From Erysipelotrichaceae bacterium (lineage in GTDB: Bacteria > Bacillota_I > Bacilli_A > Erysipelotrichales > Erysipelotrichaceae): a DNA stretch of 32,000 nt. The DNA lies in assembly GCA_963663995.1 (NCBI GenBank), contig OY760660.1, positions 450,001-482,000 of the forward strand, in the 5' to 3' direction. The position numbers and the translations under genes were made by a program. This document shows, in pieces, positions 28,038-32,000 of the stretch; the first letter of the stretch is position 1, and every line of letters begins with the position of its first letter. The notes under the pieces are model-generated. The model did no database searches and was not told where the DNA came from. It worked only from the letters and a program-made list of their open reading frames with translations.

Positions 28038-28327
28038 AAAAAGGATTTACATTACTTGAAATGGTTTTTGTCTTAACGGTTATATCAATTATTTTTCTTT
28101 TAACCATTCCAAATATTCAAAAAGTGTTAGATATTGCCAATAACAAAGCTTGTGATGCTCAATTAAAAGTAGTTGATGCGGCCATTCTACAATATCGCTT
28201 AATTTATGATGAAGAAGCGACATCGATTACTGATTTAATTAGTGAAGGCTTAATAACTGATCAACAAAGTGAATGTTCAAACCATAAAAGTATTGATATT
28301 AGTGATGGTGTTTCTTATGTCAATTAA
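28034..28327 (+). CDS. comGC: Major competence pseudopilin ComGC
   Basis: Class III signal MKKG|FTLLEM with Glu+5 and a hydrophobic helix. 97 aa. ATGA coupling to comGB. SD GGTGGAGGA. Confidence 0.85.
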   Translation: MKKGFTLLEMVFVLTVISIIFLLTIPNIQKVLDIANNKACDAQLKVVDAAILQYRLIYDEEATSITDLISEGLITDQQSECSNHKSIDISDGVSYVN

Positions 28328-28643
28328 AGGCTTTACCTTAATTGAAGTACTACTTGTTTTACTCATAAGCAGCTTAGTTTTACTGATAACACCTAGCCTA
28401 AAAATACCTAAGCCTTATATCGATATTGAACTTTTTGAATCAAATGTCATTCATCATCAATTTATGGCAATTCTCAACCACAAAGAAATAACATTTGAAT
28501 CAAACCTTTCTACAATTTATCCCATTCGTTTCTCTGCCATAGGTAATATTCACTTTCCTCAAACGATTCAAATTAATGAAAGTGAACTAGTAATCAGTTT
28601 AGGCCCAGGAAGAATTTATGAAAAAAGCGAATATATTGATTGA
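28317..28643 (+). CDS. comGD: Minor pseudopilin ComGD
   Basis: MSIKG|FTLIEVLLVLLISSL prepilin motif with Glu+5. I prefer the ATG at 28317 (11-nt overlap with comGC) over the track start at 28269. Confidence 0.7.
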   Translation: MSIKGFTLIEVLLVLLISSLVLLITPSLKIPKPYIDIELFESNVIHHQFMAILNHKEITFESNLSTIYPIRFSAIGNIHFPQTIQINESELVISLGPGRIYEKSEYID

Positions 28644-28797
28644 AGCATTAATTAGTCTAGCACTGCTTGTAACATCCAGTTTATTAATAAGTCAAATATT
28701 CACTAATGATAGGTATAAAATATCTATCATAGATCCTTTTAACGACTTATCAAAGGATTGTAAAGTACAATGTGTAATCAAAAAGCTTATACCTTAA
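28618..28797 (+). CDS. comGE: ComGE-like minor pseudopilin, 59 aa; absent from the ORF track
   Basis: My translation is MKKANILIEALISLALLVTSSLLISQIFTNDRYKISIIDPFNDLSKDCKVQCVIKKLIP. KA|NILIEAL resembles the streptococcal ComGE signal (Ala at -1, Glu+5). It overlaps comGD by 26 nt and comGF by 28 nt and sits in the expected slot of the operon. Confidence 0.5.
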   Translation: MKKANILIEALISLALLVTSSLLISQIFTNDRYKISIIDPFNDLSKDCKVQCVIKKLIP

Positions 28798-29162
28798 TTG
28801 AAGTTAGTATTGCTTTACTGATATTAAATACAGTTGTTTTACTCTGGTTATATCTTTTTAACGCTTTGAATCATTTTGACGCAAAAATCGTAGAGCGTGA
28901 AAATAGAATTGGTTTAATTCAATTGAGACGAATGATAGCTTTAGGAAAAGATATCAAACTAAACTTTGATCAGTTATGCATGAATTTTAGAGATGATGAA
29001 GTTTGTTTTTATGAAACAAATTATCGGCTAATACAAACGCCAGGTACACAAATTTATTTACTCGAAGTAGAAGATATAGAATTCGAAGAAAAGGAAGATG
29101 TATTTATCCTTACTTATTATCAAGAAGAGATTTTTTATGAATATGTCATAGGTTATCGTTAA
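28770..29162 (+). CDS. comGF: Minor pseudopilin ComGF
   Basis: MCNQKA|YTLIEVSIALLIL prepilin-like motif (Ala -1, Glu+5, as in streptococcal ComGF). 130 aa. Position in the operon. Confidence 0.65.
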   Translation: MCNQKAYTLIEVSIALLILNTVVLLWLYLFNALNHFDAKIVERENRIGLIQLRRMIALGKDIKLNFDQLCMNFRDDEVCFYETNYRLIQTPGTQIYLLEVEDIEFEEKEDVFILTYYQEEIFYEYVIGYR

Positions 29163-29530
29163 TGTTGGCATTATTTATCGTATATTTCATTTTCTTTTGT
29201 AACGTTTATACAAGTCAAATGATTATTTTAAGTCAAATAGAGATAGAGAATAGTCATTTAAATGATCTCTATCGTTTTTCATTTATTGAAGTTGATGTGA
29301 TTCATCAAATTATCAAATCTTTTGATGATTATGAATGTAAAGATTTTGAAATAAGTTATCCAGAAGGGCAAGTACTTATCCGCTTTATTGATGAGATGGC
29401 AATCATTCATTACAGTTTTAATCAGGATGTTTATGCAACTTTATCCTATGATTTAGTCTTTGATACAGCCCTTGATTATGAAATAATTGACGCTGAAATC
29501 TATATGACAATTGACAAGTTTGAGGATTAG
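29162..29530 (+). CDS. comGG: ComGG-like protein
   Basis: N-terminal hydrophobic helix only (MLALFIVYFIFF). 122 aa. It occupies the last slot of the comG cluster with TAATG coupling. The call is by position, not motif. Confidence 0.45.
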   Translation: MLALFIVYFIFFCNVYTSQMIILSQIEIENSHLNDLYRFSFIEVDVIHQIIKSFDDYECKDFEISYPEGQVLIRFIDEMAIIHYSFNQDVYATLSYDLVFDTALDYEIIDAEIYMTIDKFED

Positions 29531-29563
29531 ACTAAAATATAAAAGGATTTAAAGGAGAAAAAC

Positions 29564-30121
29564 ATGTTAACCTCAAACGATTTAAGACCGGGAACAACGA
29601 TAGAATACGAAAATAATATCTTCGTTGTATTAGATACCCAACATAACAAAACAGCAATGCGCCAAATGATTATTAAAGTTAAAGTACGTAACTTAAGAAC
29701 AGGTTCAATTGTTGAATTAAACTTTACTGGTGGTGATAAAGTTGAACAAGCTCATATTGATAAGAAAGAAATGCAATATCTTTATGACACAGGCGAAGCT
29801 TTAGCCTTTATGGATACAAGCACCTATGATCAAATTGAAGTTCAAAAAGCCAATATCGAGTGGGAAATGAACTTTATGAAACCAAATGATCTAGTCAATA
29901 TTACATCTTATGAAGGTGAAATCTTAGGATTAATCTTACCTGATAAAGTTACTTTACAAGTGGTAGAAACAGAACCAGCAGTAAAAGGTGATACGGCTAA
30001 TAACGCACAAAAAAATGCTACATTAGAAACAGGATTACAAATTAGAGTTCCATTATTCATTGAACAAGATGAAATTGTTACAGTAAGTACTTCAGACGGC
30101 AAATACGCTGGTCGCGCTTAG
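29564..30121 (+). CDS. efp: Elongation factor P (with an atypical beta3-beta4 loop)
   Basis: SNDLRPGTTIEYENNIFVV, VETEPAVKGDTA, ATLETGLQIRVPLFI and the ending DGKYAGRA are EF-P blocks. SD AAAGGAGA upstream. Confidence 0.93.
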   Translation: MLTSNDLRPGTTIEYENNIFVVLDTQHNKTAMRQMIIKVKVRNLRTGSIVELNFTGGDKVEQAHIDKKEMQYLYDTGEALAFMDTSTYDQIEVQKANIEWEMNFMKPNDLVNITSYEGEILGLILPDKVTLQVVETEPAVKGDTANNAQKNATLETGLQIRVPLFIEQDEIVTVSTSDGKYAGRA

Positions 30122-30124
30122 TAC

Positions 30125-30153
30125 TTGACATTCATTTCACAATCGATTATATT
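30125..30153 (+). promoter_or_regulatory. Sigma-A promoter driving the FMN riboswitch-ribU transcript
   Basis: Consensus -35 TTGACA (30125-30130), exactly 17-nt spacer, -10 TATATT (30148-30153). Confidence 0.7.
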
Positions 30154-30157
30154 GATA

Positions 30158-30270
30158 ACGTACTTCAGGGCAGGGTGAAATTCCCGACCGGCGGTTATAC
30201 CCCGCGACCCACATTAGTGGTTGATCTGGTGAAACTCCAGGGGCGACAGTAAAGTCTGGATGGAAGAAGG
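30158..30270 (+). promoter_or_regulatory. FMN riboswitch (RFN element) aptamer
   Basis: CTTCAGGGCAGGGTGAAATTCCCGACCGGCGGT...CCCGCGACCC...GGTTGATCTGGTGAAACTCCAGGGGCGACAGTAAAGTCTGGATGGAAGAAGG matches the conserved RFN core almost base for base. It is followed by a terminator and a riboflavin transporter gene. Confidence 0.93.
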
Positions 30271-30291
30271 AAAATCTTTTTTCTTACGCAT

Positions 30292-30318
30292 AACCCAAGA
30301 AGTACCTTGGGTTTTTTT
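30292..30318 (+). terminator. Riboswitch expression-platform terminator
   Basis: 8-bp stem AACCCAAG/CTTGGGTT with loop AAGTAC and a T-run to 30318, about 20 nt before the ribU start. Confidence 0.8.
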
Positions 30319-30338
30319 ATGAAATGGAGGAAATAAAC

Positions 30339-30884
30339 ATGAAAAACACCAAACAATTGTCTTTGATTGGAATTATGACTTCTTTAGCATTTGTCTTGTA
30401 TTTAATTGAGATACCAATGGCATTTCTATTCCCAGCAGCACCATTCTTAAAAATGGACTTCTCAGATGTACCAGCTATATTACTAGCTTTGGCACAAGGT
30501 CCAGTCGTAGGAATAATTGTTGAATTATTTAAAAATATTCTACATTTTATCTTTAGATCAAATACACCAGCTGCTTCTGGTGAGATCGCTAACTTCTTTG
30601 CTGGTATTGCTTTCTTTCTACCATATGCAATTTTCTACAAATACAATAAGTCAAAAGCTAACATTAAACACTTATTTGTATACTTGAGCATTGGTACAGT
30701 ATTACTCGTTTTAGTGATGGTTGCGGTAAACTATTTTATCACTCTACCATTGTATGGAATTCCAGTAGATCAACGTTGGGGTTTTATCAATGCGATTACT
30801 CCATTTAATATCTTTAAAGGTGTTCTATTAACCTTATCTACTGCGCTTTTATACCCACGTTTAAAGAAATTTTTAAACGCTTAG
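30339..30884 (+). CDS. ribU: Riboflavin transporter RibU (ECF S-component)
   Basis: Six-TM small protein with FLKMDFSDVPAILLALAQGPVVG and the ending LLYPRL. It lies directly downstream of an FMN riboswitch. I prefer the ATG at 30339 (SD GGAGG 8 nt upstream). Confidence 0.85.
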   Translation: MKNTKQLSLIGIMTSLAFVLYLIEIPMAFLFPAAPFLKMDFSDVPAILLALAQGPVVGIIVELFKNILHFIFRSNTPAASGEIANFFAGIAFFLPYAIFYKYNKSKANIKHLFVYLSIGTVLLVLVMVAVNYFITLPLYGIPVDQRWGFINAITPFNIFKGVLLTLSTALLYPRLKKFLNA

Positions 30885-30908
30885 TTCCGCTTCTTATTTT
30901 CTAAGCTA

Positions 30909-30917
30909 TGCTATAAT
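30909..30917 (+). promoter_or_regulatory. Extended -10 element (TGcTATAAT) upstream of ORF 30933
   Basis: TGcTATAAT is followed by SD GAGGTAG and ATG 30933. Confidence 0.4.
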
Positions 30918-30932
30918 ACTCTCGAGGTAGTT

Positions 30933-31658
30933 ATGGACGAATTATCAAGAGTTAAAAAGTATCAAGAACTTAGAAATGAAGTAGAAAACGATCCAGAAAA
31001 AGAGTTGGTTTCGCCAGCTCTTTCTTCTTATGCAGAACGTTTAAATAAAGTAAATCCGCATTTATCAAAAGTCCAAGTAAGACAGGGGCAATCAACTTAT
31101 GAAGCAATTCATAAAAAGCGTGATGATGCCTTCAGTCAAATTGAGGATTCAAGTAGTTTAGCACCTGATTTTAATGATGACTTTATGAGTGATTTTTTAT
31201 CAGAAGTTAAAGCATACAATATTGAAAAGGGATATCGTCAAAATGAAGATACATCTAAAGATATCCTTAAACCAATTAAAACAGCTGAAACGAAGGTTAA
31301 AGAAGATCTTTCTGTCAATAATGAAACTACTGAAAAAGTTGAACAAAAAGCTTTGGATATTACTTTAGAAGAGGATCAACAAGTTATTCGACAATTAATT
31401 GAAAATGACTTTGAAGACTTAGAATTTGAAGAATCAACAGAAGAAAATATTCAATCAACTTCAGATATTAAACTTGTAGTCGAAGAAACACAAAAGTTAA
31501 AACTACAAATTTCTGAATATGAAAAAGGTTTGATTGATATGAATAACTCAGTTTTATCATCTAATCGTCTGATTAACTTCTTAATTTTTGTTTTGGTTTT
31601 AGTGTTAATGATTATGTTGGGAATAGCGATTTACTGGGTTCTCTATAATGCGAATTAA
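30933..31658 (+). CDS. Hypothetical acidic, tail-anchored membrane protein (241 aa)
   Basis: Long Asp/Glu-rich, probably disordered or coiled region, with a single C-terminal TM ([25 protein letters not shown]) a few residues from the end. SD present. 11-nt overlap with cmk. Confidence 0.6.
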   Translation: MDELSRVKKYQELRNEVENDPEKELVSPALSSYAERLNKVNPHLSKVQVRQGQSTYEAIHKKRDDAFSQIEDSSSLAPDFNDDFMSDFLSEVKAYNIEKGYRQNEDTSKDILKPIKTAETKVKEDLSVNNETTEKVEQKALDITLEEDQQVIRQLIENDFEDLEFEESTEENIQSTSDIKLVVEETQKLKLQISEYEKGLIDMNNSVLSSNRLINFLIFVLVLVLMIMLGIAIYWVLYNAN

Positions 31659-32000
31659 TATAGCAATCGATGGACCAAGTGCTTCAGGGAAAAGTACTTT
31701 AGCAAAAGCTTTGGCGAAACGTCTTAACTACACACATATAGATACAGGTGCGATGTATCGTGCTTGTGCTTTAATCGCGCAAAGAAATCAAATTGATATT
31801 ATGGATGATGAATTGTTATTGAAACATATTGAAAAAGTAAATATGTCATTCAATGATCATGGTCACATCACAATTGATGGTGAAGATGTTAATGATCAAA
31901 TACGTACTAAAACGATCGATATTTTAACATCTAAAGTATCTACTTTAGAAAAGATTAGACAAAAAATGGTTGAATATCAACAAAGTATAGCCAAAGATAA
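31648..32000 (+). CDS. cmk: Cytidylate kinase, 3'-truncated by the window edge
   Basis: My translation from ATG 31648 is [42 protein letters not shown].... This is the Cmk P-loop and the DTGAMYR motif. The frame stays open to the window end. Confidence 0.93.
   Translation, partial: MRINIAIDGPSASGKSTLAKALAKRLNYTHIDTGAMYRACALIAQRNQIDIMDDELLLKHIEKVNMSFNDHGHITIDGEDVNDQIRTKTIDILTSKVSTLEKIRQKMVEYQQSIAKD

Noticed and set aside
30158-30884. The FMN riboswitch with ribU, considered as a novelty.
   Set aside because: It is a textbook RFN element with a terminator platform controlling an ECF riboflavin S-component. It is well described, so I report it as a feature only.
1-32000. A search for CRISPR repeats, IS/transposase or integrase genes, tRNA/rRNA genes, toxin-antitoxin pairs or defence-island-like clusters.
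   Set aside because: There are no direct-repeat arrays or long inverted repeats. Every intergenic gap is under about 220 nt and is explained by promoters, terminators or the FMN riboswitch. No ORF has recombinase, nuclease or defence-type motifs.

Overview
AT-rich (about one-third G+C by eye), very gene-dense chromosomal window from a walled, low-GC Bacillota-type organism. The genetic code is standard: several genes end in TGA inside ATGA start/stop overlaps and give normal-length products, so this is not Mollicutes code 4. As far as I recall the map, the gene order mirrors the Bacillus subtilis 'ypk/ypu/yqe-yqh' region. The order here is thyA-folA-acyltransferase, scpA-scpB-rluB-rsmE-(orphan)-mtaB-murE-deoC, rpsU, phoH, an inverted Na/Pi cotransporter, ybeY-dgkA-cdd-era-recO-glyQS-dnaG-sigA-trmK, ispH(-), a DEAD-box helicase, ispG(-), a class B PBP, rpmG, an MBL hydrolase, a complete seven-gene comG competence-pseudopilus operon, efp, an FMN riboswitch with ribU, a tail-anchored acidic protein, and cmk (partial). 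Two short genes are missing from the ORF track: rpmG (25453..25602) and a 59-aa ComGE-like pseudopilin (28618..28797). I saw no tRNA, rRNA, CRISPR array, IS element, integrase or long repeat. I do not see convincing evidence for an undescribed multi-gene system, because almost everything is recognisable core metabolism or information processing. The leads worth following are single-gene or architectural. (1) SigA carries an insertion of about 148 aa at the sigma non-conserved-region position. (2) A 255-aa ORF with no recognisable family is translationally coupled between rsmE and mtaB. (3) EF-P has the canonical PGKG/SGR modification loop replaced by KTAMRQM. (4) comGA and comGB overlap out of frame by 119 nt, with a perfect internal Shine-Dalgarno. 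(5) Several genes, including comGA, appear to have very short or absent 5' leaders. All functional calls rest on motif recognition by eye; no database search was possible.
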